From a virus: DNA of 64,000 nt. The notes beneath the pieces were generated by a model. The model worked only from the letters and a program-made list of their open reading frames with translations. It was not told where the DNA came from and did not search any database. Below, piece after piece: positions 12,401 to 22,730 of the stretch. The stretch lies in the IMG/VR virus record IMGVR_UViG_3300030041_000010; one strand, given 5' to 3'. Every line of letters begins with the position of its first letter. Position 1 is the stretch's first letter. The position numbers were made by a program, and so were the translations under genes.

Positions 12401-13653
12401 GTACAATTCAGAACAACCAGCAAATTCTAGTTACTTACAACAAGTTTGAAGTTGCTGAAAATTTGACGTTTGTATCGGGAGAGTCTCAGACTCTATCAGG
12501 CACGGCATTCTCTACGTTGAACAACCAAGGATTTGTGTATAACACGTGGCTCCCTGAGAGTTACGGGAACACCACCCTTACGTTGGATGGGGCAACGTTA
12601 AATTCAGATGGAACGGTGAACCTATCACTATCCACTGGGCTTGTAGGGGCGCTGATCCCACATGATAATCGTTACATCAAGGTGACATATAACGGCACTG
12701 TGATGGTAGAAAATCAAGACTATGTTCTTGTTGTAGCCGCAGTTTCTGGCACAGCAGCCATTGCTCGGTCGGCTGCAAACATCGGCACTACCCGTATTCC
12801 TGATGGGGCGGCTGTAAGCGTGTCTTACTTCATTACTGAGGCGTTCACATTTGCTACTGAATATCCAGCCTTTGTGGAAATCCTCGCTAATCAGATTGCA
12901 ACCACTAAGCACGCAGCAGCAGATGTTCTTGTGAAAGCAATGGTGGCCAACCCGGTCGATGTTTCTATGACAGTGACTTTACAGGCGAATGCTTCGGCGG
13001 ATGTTGTCGATCCCATTATCCGCAGTACCATAGACCTCGTATTGGATAATGCGAATGCCTCTCTTTATCAGTCAGAAATTGTTCAGCAGGTCATGGGAGT
13101 AACCGGAGTACAGACGGTCAATCTTCCTCTGACTAAGTGTGCCAAGAGTGATGGCTCCTACGACATTGGTGTGGTTATTCCGACTGGAACCACGTGGATT
13201 CCATTGTCTTCAGACCCGGCGTTCGCGGGAAGCACAACGCCAGCCAATAGTTTCATTACACAGAAGCCAGTTCTTCCAGATAGCACAATGCCCTCGGGTG
13301 GTACACCTGAAGCCTTTGTTGGCCTCCTATATCAGGGTCAGGCATACACTCGTACAAATTCGATTCAACAGTTCCTTACCACGGCTGCAACTCCGGCGAC
13401 GTTGTCCTCAGCCGGTTCTTTTTACATTATCGGAACCAATGACCGAATCAATGCGACGACAGCTTTGAGTTCGGCGTATAACCAAAAAGTCATTGTCACG
13501 GTTCCGGCTACTGTAAAGAATCCTTCCCTTCTCTCATTTTTCGTGACCTACCAAGTTTACGGAGCAGGCGGGGCTAGTGACATTATTTTATCTAGCACCG
13601 AGTACGTCACCCCCGGAAACGTCACAATCTCGTATATAACTAACGGTAACTAA
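9466..13653 (+). CDS. Baseplate J-like (wedge) protein, enlarged
   Basis: DLSPRSELRDLMVDP, G.DRE.NSSFASRI, GT..GY...ALE.PGI and GCVDIY are typical J-like motifs. Confidence 0.75.
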   Translation: MPTPNVTLTALTSVTPVLPTPTQGQTSSISVDTTALPYIIYADANTSQVEVLAYNQTTYNKDPLLVNGQNQFGGTITINPTQGDFTVQILGRNYDPTAPSWAAATTYALNFRLVDPNGYVQVVTTAGVSGSTIPSFNTTVGDSTTDNGVVWENLGYISITPTLKFLLLPYVSGSGALIGPPSAVRSYMAQNICRVEWLEPTYPGTIGTRVMLSTDPNGINPIYTQYGGIVPPSQLSRSDTSVLATQSATAYDGTAGTQTITTVNTVQQNNYNYVDVPQTDVGGADIFYAMLSTVIQDPSTQAIFESQQNGPVTCGYVNLKLVQLTDFLALQRKEDIAGRMITQVNRNYPNLDLSPRSELRDLMVDPVAIELSNMSVREWFSRVSRSVSGLAQIDNASGNGISDPFNSSPVKQQISRAYGLNPTDTQTFIDSQFDVLGERAGLSRLGATSSVVTITFYTYVKPTSSVVFPTGLIVSTIADAQTSALNFVTTGSASIATSSTNTYYNPVNGWWALSVPASCQSAGSNTNVGSGTINNLGSGAPSGWYCTNLVAAAFGQDREINSSFASRIITRSVTGVDSGTRNGYLTTALETPGITSAVVVAAGATEMLRDWDSIRQKHVYGCVDIYTRGISFSEQDEVVGFQYKNTGTFGTPTTYITLNSFNRNTLSAQIPNFASLLYPLYQGVQLLVTGSNGSFYLGLENAQFDNVGGYIILNPNDLAYQIVGDPLSQISIPLVLNGAPATNRAAISNLSTQSGSTTYQLLARYQSPLTDAPAFQPVVAVNSVIGQASQTGTVASNLIDLIHTSDFLLNGGSNQAGDFVNVSTTATASTTKTITAVSGSFVTIDSGMSLTVDINGNLGNVVSVLSSDQSTLYGFGTDYALASIGAYHTYGIKPLQVTVQVTAIQILGTSSQAVFTCNNLFGVGATVTVNNLTTPELATLFPSSTVLTVTSSNGSSFTVTFTSSLNTTPIATTGTVAGSTIQNNQQILVTYNKFEVAENLTFVSGESQTLSGTAFSTLNNQGFVYNTWLPESYGNTTLTLDGATLNSDGTVNLSLSTGLVGALIPHDNRYIKVTYNGTVMVENQDYVLVVAAVSGTAAIARSAANIGTTRIPDGAAVSVSYFITEAFTFATEYPAFVEILANQIATTKHAAADVLVKAMVANPVDVSMTVTLQANASADVVDPIIRSTIDLVLDNANASLYQSEIVQQVMGVTGVQTVNLPLTKCAKSDGSYDIGVVIPTGTTWIPLSSDPAFAGSTTPANSFITQKPVLPDSTMPSGGTPEAFVGLLYQGQAYTRTNSIQQFLTTAATPATLSSAGSFYIIGTNDRINATTALSSAYNQKVIVTVPATVKNPSLLSFFVTYQVYGAGGASDIILSSTEYVTPGNVTISYITNGN

Positions 13654-13662
13654 AGGATGTAA

Positions 13663-16281
13663 ATGGCTTCACCTCTATACAATTCGCAGGGGGCATGGGT
13701 ATCCACGACTCAGTATAACTACCTAGATGCGGTAACCTATGGTAGGTCTAGTTACATTTGCACCGCTTCGGGTTCTCTAAATCAGGAACCTTCCCTGTCG
13801 CCGTCAGTATGGGTTCAAATGCCAGAGGTAACCCAAGAAGACCAATACTATTTGAAGAGCAGGGAAGACCTCTTACAATACGAGGACGCCCGGTATCAAT
13901 CCCTAATCAACGCGATGGCGAACTACTATACTACACGTAATGACCAGAGTGTTTGGGGGTCGTTCTTACGCGCAGTTTCCATGGAGTTGGCTCGTATTGA
14001 GTATATGTACTCGTACGATGTGGTTACAAAAAACCCCAAATATTTAACCCCTCCGGACATCAAACGTGAGTATGCTAACCCCCTGTTTGTAACAGGTAAT
14101 TTTCAGCAGTTGTCTCAGTTTGATTCGGGGGCGTTTGGTTCCTCATTCGGTCAATGGGTGTCGGATAGAGGGGTTATTCTAAACGAGGCAATCCTCGATA
14201 GTAATGGGAATGTTCAAATAGCGACCACCCCCGGTCAGACAGGGTTAACTGAGCCCCTGTGGGCGGTCACCACAGGCGGTACTACGACGGATGGCTCCGT
14301 AGTATGGACGAGCGGTGGCGTCGCACCCAGCACGCTTGCATACCCAAACGGGTATCGTGATATGCTCATCGACCTTCTCGCGGCCTATCAGGAAGGTGCC
14401 ACGGTTAAATCCATTCAGGATGTCATTTATGCTTACACGGGGAAAGACATTATAGTAGAGGAACTCTACAAGCAGATTGGAAATGGGTTTTACGATCAGA
14501 GTTATCGAAACACGGTGACCGTAAGTGTCAATGTTGGAGGCGATGATCCCTTCACTGATGTAGAGAGTCTACAAGAGTTACAACAGATTACAAATTCCCT
14601 GTATGGTGCAGTTGACCTCGCTAAACCAGCCCATGTTGGCGTCGAGTTCGCCACCATTTTTGGGGCGGATGAAAACATTGATTGTTTTATCAGCCCTCGA
14701 TACCTGACACAGGCTCAACTAAATGTGGTGGCCGAAAGTCAACAGCAATACTACAGCCTCATAGCGTATGTTTCAGCCCCACTTGCGTGGTCTCCTGACA
14801 CCCATTATGCTTTGAACACCATTATTCAGGACTCCAATGGGTACCTTCAAAAAGTCACGACCGCTGGAACTTCTGATTCAGTGGCACCGGGATGGACGAC
14901 CGTTCTCGACGCCGTTACTTCAGACGGTCAGGTGGTTTGGACAAATATAGGAACCCCTGTAATTGCATGGATAGCAGACACTAACTACGTTGCAGGTAGC
15001 CTTCTTCAGGACAGTAATGGAAACATCCAACTCGCGACAACGGGAGGGGTCTCTGGCTCCTCTACACCAAGCTGGAACTCAAGTCTTCAGGGAACTGTCA
15101 CAGATGGTGGAGTGACGTGGATCAACATCGGCACTCCGCAAATTACAACGACAGCATACACTGCCTTGTCATCTTCACAAAAACCCTATTATCAAGGGTA
15201 CTATCAAGATGTAAATTGCGTGGGTTCGGGCATCAATGACACACTTCGAATAATTATCCAGCAATATGAAGAGCCACCATACAACCCTATGTTGTATCAA
15301 GCGCCTATCGTCGTCGTTGGCAACCCGAACACTACACTCGCTTCTTATGGGCGTCAGATGTTCACTCCGTTGAGCCAAACAAATTGGCAGACGTTACAGG
15401 GCAGTCCACAGGTGTGGGATAGTTCGATCACATACCCCAAGGGTGCGCTTGTGCGTGCTGTGAGTGTCTCAACCTCCGGTAGTTTTAGTGATGGTGTATG
15501 GACACCGGGCGGGTGGCAGTTATATCGTGCTTTGAAAAGCAATGAGAATAACAACCCATTAACACAAACAACCGACTGGGCTCCCTTGGTTGGTATCGAG
15601 GGACAGTTTGCCCCTTCTGTATATCAAGCGTACTATCAGGCAGCAAATGGTCAGTATGTGGCGGGTATTCAACCGTGGAACCCAACGACTTCGTTTTATA
15701 CGGGGCAGTACGCTATTGATAACAGCGGCAATCTGGAGCTTGCTGTCGTCGGGGGAACCACCTCTCCAACAGTCAATGTGGCGAACGCCCCGAACGCAGT
15801 GGTGATTTCAGGCAACGTCCTTACTTTAATGCTGTCGAGTGGGTTAGCCAGTATGGGGCTTGTAGCCGGGGTCAGCAGTCTGACCATCTACAACTTTTCA
15901 TTCGCGACTTTTCTGAACGGTTTGACATTGCCAGTTGTTGCGATTAACACAACATCCAGTCCAAACACTGTTTCATTGACTTACACTCATGCAAACTACA
16001 ACTCTGATTTGCAGAACGAAAGCAACGCCTCTATCCGTGTCGGGTTCAGCACGTCAACAAGTGTACCAACCTATGATGGAACGGTTCTGTGGGAATACCT
16101 TGGCTCCAACTACCTCAACACCCCAGCCAAGTGGATTCAGGTGGTTGATTCTACCAATAATCCGACTTCCGAAGTCTCTAATTGGGATGTAAATCACCCC
16201 ATGGGGTTACTCTCACCCAGAACTGACCTTTGTTGGGAAATCAGTGGGGGGGATTTTTTCCAGTCATATACGTACGAATAG
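13663..16281 (+). CDS. Baseplate/tail protein with repeated carbohydrate-binding-like modules
   Basis: Repeats W..xT.Y...DSNG..Q..TT.G.SG...P.W......TDG.V.W; also GAT..SI...IY and KPAHV motifs of tail/baseplate proteins. Confidence 0.6.
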   Translation: MASPLYNSQGAWVSTTQYNYLDAVTYGRSSYICTASGSLNQEPSLSPSVWVQMPEVTQEDQYYLKSREDLLQYEDARYQSLINAMANYYTTRNDQSVWGSFLRAVSMELARIEYMYSYDVVTKNPKYLTPPDIKREYANPLFVTGNFQQLSQFDSGAFGSSFGQWVSDRGVILNEAILDSNGNVQIATTPGQTGLTEPLWAVTTGGTTTDGSVVWTSGGVAPSTLAYPNGYRDMLIDLLAAYQEGATVKSIQDVIYAYTGKDIIVEELYKQIGNGFYDQSYRNTVTVSVNVGGDDPFTDVESLQELQQITNSLYGAVDLAKPAHVGVEFATIFGADENIDCFISPRYLTQAQLNVVAESQQQYYSLIAYVSAPLAWSPDTHYALNTIIQDSNGYLQKVTTAGTSDSVAPGWTTVLDAVTSDGQVVWTNIGTPVIAWIADTNYVAGSLLQDSNGNIQLATTGGVSGSSTPSWNSSLQGTVTDGGVTWINIGTPQITTTAYTALSSSQKPYYQGYYQDVNCVGSGINDTLRIIIQQYEEPPYNPMLYQAPIVVVGNPNTTLASYGRQMFTPLSQTNWQTLQGSPQVWDSSITYPKGALVRAVSVSTSGSFSDGVWTPGGWQLYRALKSNENNNPLTQTTDWAPLVGIEGQFAPSVYQAYYQAANGQYVAGIQPWNPTTSFYTGQYAIDNSGNLELAVVGGTTSPTVNVANAPNAVVISGNVLTLMLSSGLASMGLVAGVSSLTIYNFSFATFLNGLTLPVVAINTTSSPNTVSLTYTHANYNSDLQNESNASIRVGFSTSTSVPTYDGTVLWEYLGSNYLNTPAKWIQVVDSTNNPTSEVSNWDVNHPMGLLSPRTDLCWEISGGDFFQSYTYE

Positions 16282-16289
16282 GAGAGATA

Positions 16290-17468
16290 GTGCCGAAAGG
16301 AGTAAAACTTACGAGAGAGGAGTTCATTAAAAGGGCTCAGCTAAAACATGGGTTCAAGTACGCTTATGGAAACACGCAGTATGTGAACGGTAAAACCCGA
16401 GTCATAATTACGTGTTTTAAGCATGGAGATTTTATACAGAGAGCAAATCACCATCTTGATGGAAGGGGGTGCAGACACTGTAGTATTTCAGCCTCGTCCA
16501 CCACTCAATCCAATTTCATTGAAAAAGCTAAAGAGCGGCATGGTAATGCATACTCCTACACTAAAACTAGATATTTGTCGGCTCTGACTAGGGTTTCAAT
16601 AACGTGTAGAGTTCATGGAGATTTCGAGCAAACACCCCATAGTCACCTTCAAGGTTCTGGGTGCCCCCAATGTGGTCATGATGCATCTTCTAAAGCCAGA
16701 AGTGCCACCTTAGAGAGTTTCATACAGAGAGCTACGATAGCACATGGGTGTATATACTCTTATTCAAATGCTATCTATATCAACGACTGCACCAAAGTTT
16801 TCATCACATGCCCCGAACATGGTGACTTTGAGCAGACCCCAAATAACCACCTTAAAGGGCAGGGATGTCCTAAGTGTGGGAGGGGTAAAGCCGAAGAATC
16901 ACGTCGTTTAAACTTGGAAGAGTTTATTAGACAGGCCAATCGAGAACACAAAGGAAGGTACACGTATCAGAACTCGGTATACACGGGGGCTCTAATAAAA
17001 CTATCTATCACATGTCCAACCCACGGGGATTACAAGCAGAGCCCGGATAAACACATGAGAGGTCAAGGTTGCCCGAAGTGTAAAGAGTCCAGAGGGGAGC
17101 GTTCCATTCGTAATGTTCTGGATTCGATTACAGCTTGTTATCAGCCGCAATACAAGTTTTTAGAGTGTAGAGATAGACATCCCTTACCTTTTGATTTTGC
17201 ATTAATGAAGTCAGGGGTTGTGGTGGGGTTGATTGAGTATCATGGGCAGCAACATTACACACCAGTCCGATTTTTCGGAATATCGAAAGAAAGGGCTGCA
17301 ATAGCTTTCGGAGGCGTTCAAAAGAGAGACTACATAAAAGAACGATTCACCGCAGACAAAGGTATTCCGCTGCTGGTCGTACCTCACTGGGAATTCGCCA
17401 CCATTAAGTCAAGGGTGGTCCGTTTTGTCAACCAATCCTGTAGTTTTTGCCTAGCGGAATCTAAGTAG
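16290..17468 (+). CDS. Homing-endonuclease-like protein: four tandem Zn-binding repeats plus C-terminal PD-(D/E)XK/Vsr-like nuclease
   Basis: Repeats ITC..HGDF.Q.P..HL.G.GCP.C; C-terminal LPFDF...IEYHGQQHY...RD..K. GTG start after GGAG. Confidence 0.75.
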   Translation: MPKGVKLTREEFIKRAQLKHGFKYAYGNTQYVNGKTRVIITCFKHGDFIQRANHHLDGRGCRHCSISASSTTQSNFIEKAKERHGNAYSYTKTRYLSALTRVSITCRVHGDFEQTPHSHLQGSGCPQCGHDASSKARSATLESFIQRATIAHGCIYSYSNAIYINDCTKVFITCPEHGDFEQTPNNHLKGQGCPKCGRGKAEESRRLNLEEFIRQANREHKGRYTYQNSVYTGALIKLSITCPTHGDYKQSPDKHMRGQGCPKCKESRGERSIRNVLDSITACYQPQYKFLECRDRHPLPFDFALMKSGVVVGLIEYHGQQHYTPVRFFGISKERAAIAFGGVQKRDYIKERFTADKGIPLLVVPHWEFATIKSRVVRFVNQSCSFCLAESK

Positions 17469-17476
17469 AGAACATT

Positions 17477-20380
17477 ATGAGCAAGCACTTCCACAAATCC
17501 TCCGCTATTACCTCGGACTTTCCTGCATTCGATGAGTTTTCGGCTGCGTACGACGTACTCAACCTCAGTGAGGACTACGATTGGTATGCTAATGATGCCG
17601 AGGATTTTGTTGACGGGTTTAATGAGATGACACCCGATGAGAAGTATAAGGCGGTCACCGGCCTTGTTTCAGCTAAGGTACAGGACTATTACGACCAACT
17701 GGTGGATTTTTATGAGGGTATGGCTTTTCCCGCAACCCTTTATCGTGTTGTCGCTCTATCCAAGATAGAAGCTCTTCGTATGGAAAACATCGGAGAATCA
17801 TGGACGTGGGATGAGCACTCAGCCGAGGAGTTCCTTCCCGGTAATCATGGGCGATTCATGTTGAAGGCCAGCGTACCTTACGAATCGGTGGACTGGCATG
17901 AGACATTGAAGTTGAATTTGGATAGAGGTATAGGCGAGGTTGAAAACGAAGTTCGACTTAAGTTCGACGCCCCAATGGAGCTTGTAGCCTACCGTAGCAA
18001 AAGTACGAAAGAGTGGACACCTATTGCTAAGATGGTTACCGCCAACAATAAGACTGCATACCTATCTCCCGCTACGGGAACACTGGACATTTCGGTTATC
18101 CGAGATTCACGCCCCTATGCAACCATTTCCCTAGACCTCGGAATTCCCAATTTTACTGTGTTTTCTTTGAAGTTTCCCCTTGTGGAAGATAAGCCAGCCA
18201 CGATGAGTGAACTTGTTGCTGAAGGGGTTCATGTGTTGTTGGATGAGATGTCAGCTTTCATGCTTTCCCTTGGCTTTGAAGAGAAAATCATTGTGCATAT
18301 CTACGCCACCGTCCTAACTTGCTTCAAAGGCATGACCGGCGAAGCTGACTCCAGCAAGTCCCAGTCGGCTATCAGCAAAGACCCGACAGTGAAGACCTTC
18401 GAAGGCACGTTCAAGCTGCCCATGGAGTTTGTCAATGAGACCTACGACAAGGTAGTTACCGCCGCTGGAAAGAACATCAAGCGACCACCAGTCCATCGTC
18501 ATCTGGAACTCACTTACGAGAAGCCATCAAAGACAACCGTCAACGAGGCACGCACAGTCATTAAAAACTTCCGTAACCGTAGCCTTAAATCCCAACCTAG
18601 TCCCTTGTACATTATTGTGTACGATTCGATGGGCAGGGCAAGAGGGACAATCCCCTTCGGGCCGAACTTTAAGAATCAACTGCTGAATCAGGTGTATAAG
18701 AAGGCGTCAGTCGAGTTCACTCCTACCGTAAAATTCGACAATGACATTGAGATGAAAATGACCAACGCTGAGGGCATCCCCAAAAGTATCTTTGTGGGTG
18801 ATGAAAAGTATACCCCGGTCGCAACCGTAAGTGACGACATGGCTCTTTATTCAAACGAGAAAGACGAATATGTTGTCAAGTTCACAGATGGTCGCTGTGT
18901 TGCTTTCACTGATTTCCCTTCTGTTGGAGAATTGAGGGATGATAACTACCCAGTTCCAACCATCTATACGAATTGGAAGATGCTACCCAAAGAAGAAGTG
19001 CCAGAATCCTCCGATGATGGGGAGGCGGTTGATGCGCGTGGCACGGAAGTTATCGAGGGCACCGAGATAGAAACTGACCCAGTGGCCGACCTTAAGGCTG
19101 ATGACGATAAGAACGAGCAGCTTGAGGAAGGGGTGGATGAATTACCTGAGGGTCAGGAGAAGACTTCAGCGGTTAAAGCACAGCGGTACACCGTGGTTTG
19201 TAAAGCATTTCGTATGATGGGCGCACCCATCAAGAACTGGAATAGCGGGGCTGAACACGTCCGTCTTATTGATGCTACAAATGAACGAGCCGCAAAACGA
19301 GAGGCGCTGTTAGACCTTAAGAACTCTTATTCCTTTGCAAACATTGAGTTCAAGGTGGTCTGGTGCTACCCGGCAGCAGAAACAAAGACCTCCGGTTGGC
19401 GGGAAGATTATCGCGGTCAGACGAAGAAACCTCACGGCATGTCCAGCCAGTCTTGGCAAGCTATTCAGCGTCAGTTGAAGGAAGAAGAAAAGAAGTTTGA
19501 CCCCGACCAGTACATAGACCCCTTGACAAACTTGTGGGGTAAGTTAAAACCATCTGAGCGTAAAAGATTGGTGAGTGTGCTCAAAAAACCCACCAACAAG
19601 ACATGGAATGATGCGTACTCTATCATTATCCGTGACACGGGTATGGTATCCCTCTGGCAAGCGGTTATCGCGGTCGATCCTTTCTTTCCACGTCGTGGGC
19701 CTTCATACACAAGTGGGGAGGCTGAACGTGAACGAGTGTGGGAAAAAATTCCTTCTCGCGAAACCCTTATCAAAGCTTTGCAATACGCAAATCCGGTTAA
19801 GCACGAGAAGAAGCCTGATTCTGATTACGACAAGGATTTTATGAAGGCCCTTGGCATCATGAGTAGTAAGAAAGCCGATCATATTGACGATAATGGTTAC
19901 TGGGCTGGAGCCGGTGGTGGTGCTTCAGGTATCCTCCCCATCTGCACTACAACGGGCCGCGTTTGCCTTGCATGGCGTAGTGGCTGGGTGCATGAGGGCA
20001 ATTGCTGGGGAACCATCGGTGGAGCTATTCAGCAAGGCATGTCCCCCGGTGAGAGTGCCAAGAAGGAGATGCAGGAGGAGGTTGGCTACCACGGAAGCAT
20101 CCGGCTCATTCCCTCCTTCGTTTTCACTCATGGGAAATTCAAGTATTACAACTTCCTCGGTCTTGTGGCGTCGGAGTTTAGTCTCAACCCCATGGAAGGT
20201 GGCTCCAGCAATCTTCAATTTACGGACGAGACTGACGCCATCGCGTGGTTCACATGGGATGACCTGCAAAACGACATTAGAAATAACCCCAGCGACTATC
20301 ACTCCGGCGTGCTTAAACTATTGCAACAATCTGGTGACCAAATTCGTGAAATCTGCGAAGCAGCTAGTAATAAAGGTTAG
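17477..20380 (+). CDS. Multidomain protein: N-terminal ART-like (R-S-E) domain and C-terminal Nudix hydrolase
   Basis: LYR...GESWT...ENEV motif; Nudix box GGAIQQGMSPGESAKKEMQEEVG. Confidence 0.65.
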   Translation: MSKHFHKSSAITSDFPAFDEFSAAYDVLNLSEDYDWYANDAEDFVDGFNEMTPDEKYKAVTGLVSAKVQDYYDQLVDFYEGMAFPATLYRVVALSKIEALRMENIGESWTWDEHSAEEFLPGNHGRFMLKASVPYESVDWHETLKLNLDRGIGEVENEVRLKFDAPMELVAYRSKSTKEWTPIAKMVTANNKTAYLSPATGTLDISVIRDSRPYATISLDLGIPNFTVFSLKFPLVEDKPATMSELVAEGVHVLLDEMSAFMLSLGFEEKIIVHIYATVLTCFKGMTGEADSSKSQSAISKDPTVKTFEGTFKLPMEFVNETYDKVVTAAGKNIKRPPVHRHLELTYEKPSKTTVNEARTVIKNFRNRSLKSQPSPLYIIVYDSMGRARGTIPFGPNFKNQLLNQVYKKASVEFTPTVKFDNDIEMKMTNAEGIPKSIFVGDEKYTPVATVSDDMALYSNEKDEYVVKFTDGRCVAFTDFPSVGELRDDNYPVPTIYTNWKMLPKEEVPESSDDGEAVDARGTEVIEGTEIETDPVADLKADDDKNEQLEEGVDELPEGQEKTSAVKAQRYTVVCKAFRMMGAPIKNWNSGAEHVRLIDATNERAAKREALLDLKNSYSFANIEFKVVWCYPAAETKTSGWREDYRGQTKKPHGMSSQSWQAIQRQLKEEEKKFDPDQYIDPLTNLWGKLKPSERKRLVSVLKKPTNKTWNDAYSIIIRDTGMVSLWQAVIAVDPFFPRRGPSYTSGEAERERVWEKIPSRETLIKALQYANPVKHEKKPDSDYDKDFMKALGIMSSKKADHIDDNGYWAGAGGGASGILPICTTTGRVCLAWRSGWVHEGNCWGTIGGAIQQGMSPGESAKKEMQEEVGYHGSIRLIPSFVFTHGKFKYYNFLGLVASEFSLNPMEGGSSNLQFTDETDAIAWFTWDDLQNDIRNNPSDYHSGVLKLLQQSGDQIREICEAASNKG

Positions 20381-20389
20381 AGGGGATTT

Positions 20390-20608
20390 ATGTTTACTCA
20401 AGTTGAATTGATTTCCACAAAAGATGAAGTAGCCGTTTATTGGCTTGACCACAACCTAGATGAACACAAAGCACTTCGTGCCGGTCTTGGTGTGAAGATC
20501 GTTGAGGCCGATTCGTACTGGCGGATTAACCGGATTTTTATGACGCTGAAAAATCTAGCTGACTTGCCGGTTAAACATCGTATCGGTACGGTCATCGAAT
20601 TGAATTAA
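20390..20608 (+). CDS. Hypothetical protein
   Basis: 72 aa with SD GAGGGG. Confidence 0.55.
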   Translation: MFTQVELISTKDEVAVYWLDHNLDEHKALRAGLGVKIVEADSYWRINRIFMTLKNLADLPVKHRIGTVIELN

Positions 20609-20623
20609 AAGGGAGTAACCTAG

Positions 20624-21259
20624 ATGCTTAAAGAAACCATGGACGCTCACTATCCCCACCTCCACATTCGTGTGTCACGTGAGGATACAGGTGAGGTTTT
20701 GTATAAGGAAGACAACACCATTGTGAATGTTGTGAAGTGGCTTTTTTCGAGACTCATGGCGAACGTCAACCCCACTGATCCCTCCCCCCCTTATGTCCTC
20801 GGCCATGAGCCGTTGTATTCGGTGTGGGGTCTTGCCCTTGGTGCCGGTTCACCCACGTGGGCTCCTGAGACACAACCACAGGAAACCCCGGTTCAGACGG
20901 CTCTTGTCCAAGAGTTTATACGCAAGCCTCTCTCGGCCATCAACTATGTTCAGCCGAACAATAATGGGGGCTGGACATCCATTAACACCTTGTCAACCTA
21001 CGTTGACTTTGAGTGTGTTGTGAATGCGACAACCGACAACATCACACAGAGCATTCGCGAGATGGGACTCATTGGTGGTGGGAGCGTATCTCAGTCTACA
21101 AACATGCAGACCGCCCCTTACTTCACGGGTAACATTTCCAATTACGCGAATGTGACGGCTGCTCAAAACACAGTGAATCTCATCAACTACAAGACGTTAC
21201 CACCGCTCCTGCTCCCACCCGGCGTGAACATCATTTTCAGTTGGGTACTTAGCTTCTGA
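20624..21259 (+). CDS. Tail-collar/baseplate-associated structural protein
   Basis: NTIVN...LALGAG...IREMGL...FSWVLSF pattern typical of tail-fibre attachment proteins. Confidence 0.55.
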   Translation: MLKETMDAHYPHLHIRVSREDTGEVLYKEDNTIVNVVKWLFSRLMANVNPTDPSPPYVLGHEPLYSVWGLALGAGSPTWAPETQPQETPVQTALVQEFIRKPLSAINYVQPNNNGGWTSINTLSTYVDFECVVNATTDNITQSIREMGLIGGGSVSQSTNMQTAPYFTGNISNYANVTAAQNTVNLINYKTLPPLLLPPGVNIIFSWVLSF

Positions 21260-21306
21260 CCTGTGAAATTTCTTGACTTCTCAGTATTAAGTAGGGAGGT
21301 CAAGAA

Positions 21307-22200
21307 ATGTTCATTTATGTCATCACCAACAAAGTTACGAGCAAGATTTACATTGGCCAACACAAAGGTGCGAATCTAAGACAGTACCTTCAGAAAAAGT
21401 TTTATTGGGCTCGTGTTCAAAAGACAGGTTCTTCCTACCTGTTCAACGCAATGAGAAAACACCCGTACCCCGCTGATTGGTCAATTGAACCACTCATGGA
21501 AGGTATCGAGACTAAAGAAGAACTTGACCGTTTAGAGACTCTTCTCATCGCTTTGTACGACACTCGTAATCCTGAAGTGGGGTACAACATCTGTCGCGGT
21601 GGCGAGGGACGCACAGAGAAGGGCTGGCACCATAAGCCGGAAACTATCAAGAAAATAACAGACGCGAACATGGGTAGGCAGCTATACCCTAGAACCCCTG
21701 AAAATGAAGCTATTCGCATAGCTGCATGGCAGAAATATGTGGACGATAAGATTGCCTCCGGTGAGTATCACACGCCTGAAACTCTTGAAAAGTTAAAAGC
21801 TGTCAGAGCCCATCAAGATGAAGCTCACCGTCTCGAAGCCTACCGCAGATTTGAATCTGAACACGGTACAGAACGTCGTAAAAGGGCCGCAGCAACCCAC
21901 ACTGGCATGAAACACCAAATGTCCCCTGAAGGTCACCTCGCTATCAGTGAAGCCTTCAAGAGGAGTTCAGCAAAACGGTGGGGTACCCATTCCATCATAG
22001 GTCAGACCTTCGAACGTCTCACTGTGGAATCAGAAGCGGGGCGTAACAAGCGGGGTCTCATCCAATGGAATTGTCGTTGCATTTGCGGCGGCACTGCGAT
22101 AGCAACAACCACGCTCCTTCGTACTAAGCACAAGAAAAGCTGTGGATGTTTGGCAAAAGAACTCGCATTGGCAAATTTACGGGTATTAAACTCTAGGTAG
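21307..22200 (+). CDS. GIY-YIG homing endonuclease
   Basis: MFIYVITN...KIYIGQ, GYNI..GGEG, C-terminal WNCRCICG...KSCGC. Confidence 0.85.
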   Translation: MFIYVITNKVTSKIYIGQHKGANLRQYLQKKFYWARVQKTGSSYLFNAMRKHPYPADWSIEPLMEGIETKEELDRLETLLIALYDTRNPEVGYNICRGGEGRTEKGWHHKPETIKKITDANMGRQLYPRTPENEAIRIAAWQKYVDDKIASGEYHTPETLEKLKAVRAHQDEAHRLEAYRRFESEHGTERRKRAAATHTGMKHQMSPEGHLAISEAFKRSSAKRWGTHSIIGQTFERLTVESEAGRNKRGLIQWNCRCICGGTAIATTTLLRTKHKKSCGCLAKELALANLRVLNSR

Positions 22201-22206
22201 GTGCTC

Positions 22207-22536
22207 ATGAAGATTCGTCTGGAGACTCGCTGCGGATGCACGAAAGAGTTGGAAATTCCCGCACTGGTTCCAACTTTCAATGCACCCCTAGTATTGCAGC
22301 CGGTTATTCATGAGCCGGAGCAGAAGGCTACACTGGCTGACATTCATCGTACTTTTGAGTGTACGTGGGTAGAAGAAAACGGTGTGGTGATGGCTCACAA
22401 CAGCCTTGTGCTTCAGAATCTCCAGAGGCGACCAGCCGACACGGCGACTCTGTGCAATGTCCTCTGCGTCATCAAGGACGGGTATAACCCCTTTGTTTTC
22501 AATAATTTACAAACAAAAGAAATATGGGCTCCTTAG
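22207..22536 (+). CDS. Hypothetical protein
   Basis: ORF with SD AGGTAGG. Confidence 0.45.
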   Translation: MKIRLETRCGCTKELEIPALVPTFNAPLVLQPVIHEPEQKATLADIHRTFECTWVEENGVVMAHNSLVLQNLQRRPADTATLCNVLCVIKDGYNPFVFNNLQTKEIWAP

Positions 22537-22730
22537 ACATGAAACAGATTCCTTGCTCAGGACCGGGTTGTAGCAAAGTGTTCACTAACCATGAAACTGA
22601 CCTACCCCGAGGCGTCAAGTTGATAGAAGTTCCCGACGAGTATCAAGGGAAAGCTTACTGCTCCATTGAGTGCAAGGTTTATGACGACAGTGGAGTTTAC
22701 GGGATTACGGTGATTGAAGTGAGAGACTAG
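22524..22730 (+). CDS. Small Zn-finger-like protein
   Basis: CSGPGC...YCSIEC. Confidence 0.5.
   Translation: MGSLDMKQIPCSGPGCSKVFTNHETDLPRGVKLIEVPDEYQGKAYCSIECKVYDDSGVYGITVIEVRD

Noticed and set aside
2-16281. Diversity-generating retroelement target repeats in adhesin genes
   Set aside because: The repeats are degenerate protein-level modules; no near-identical TR/VR pair or reverse transcriptase was seen.
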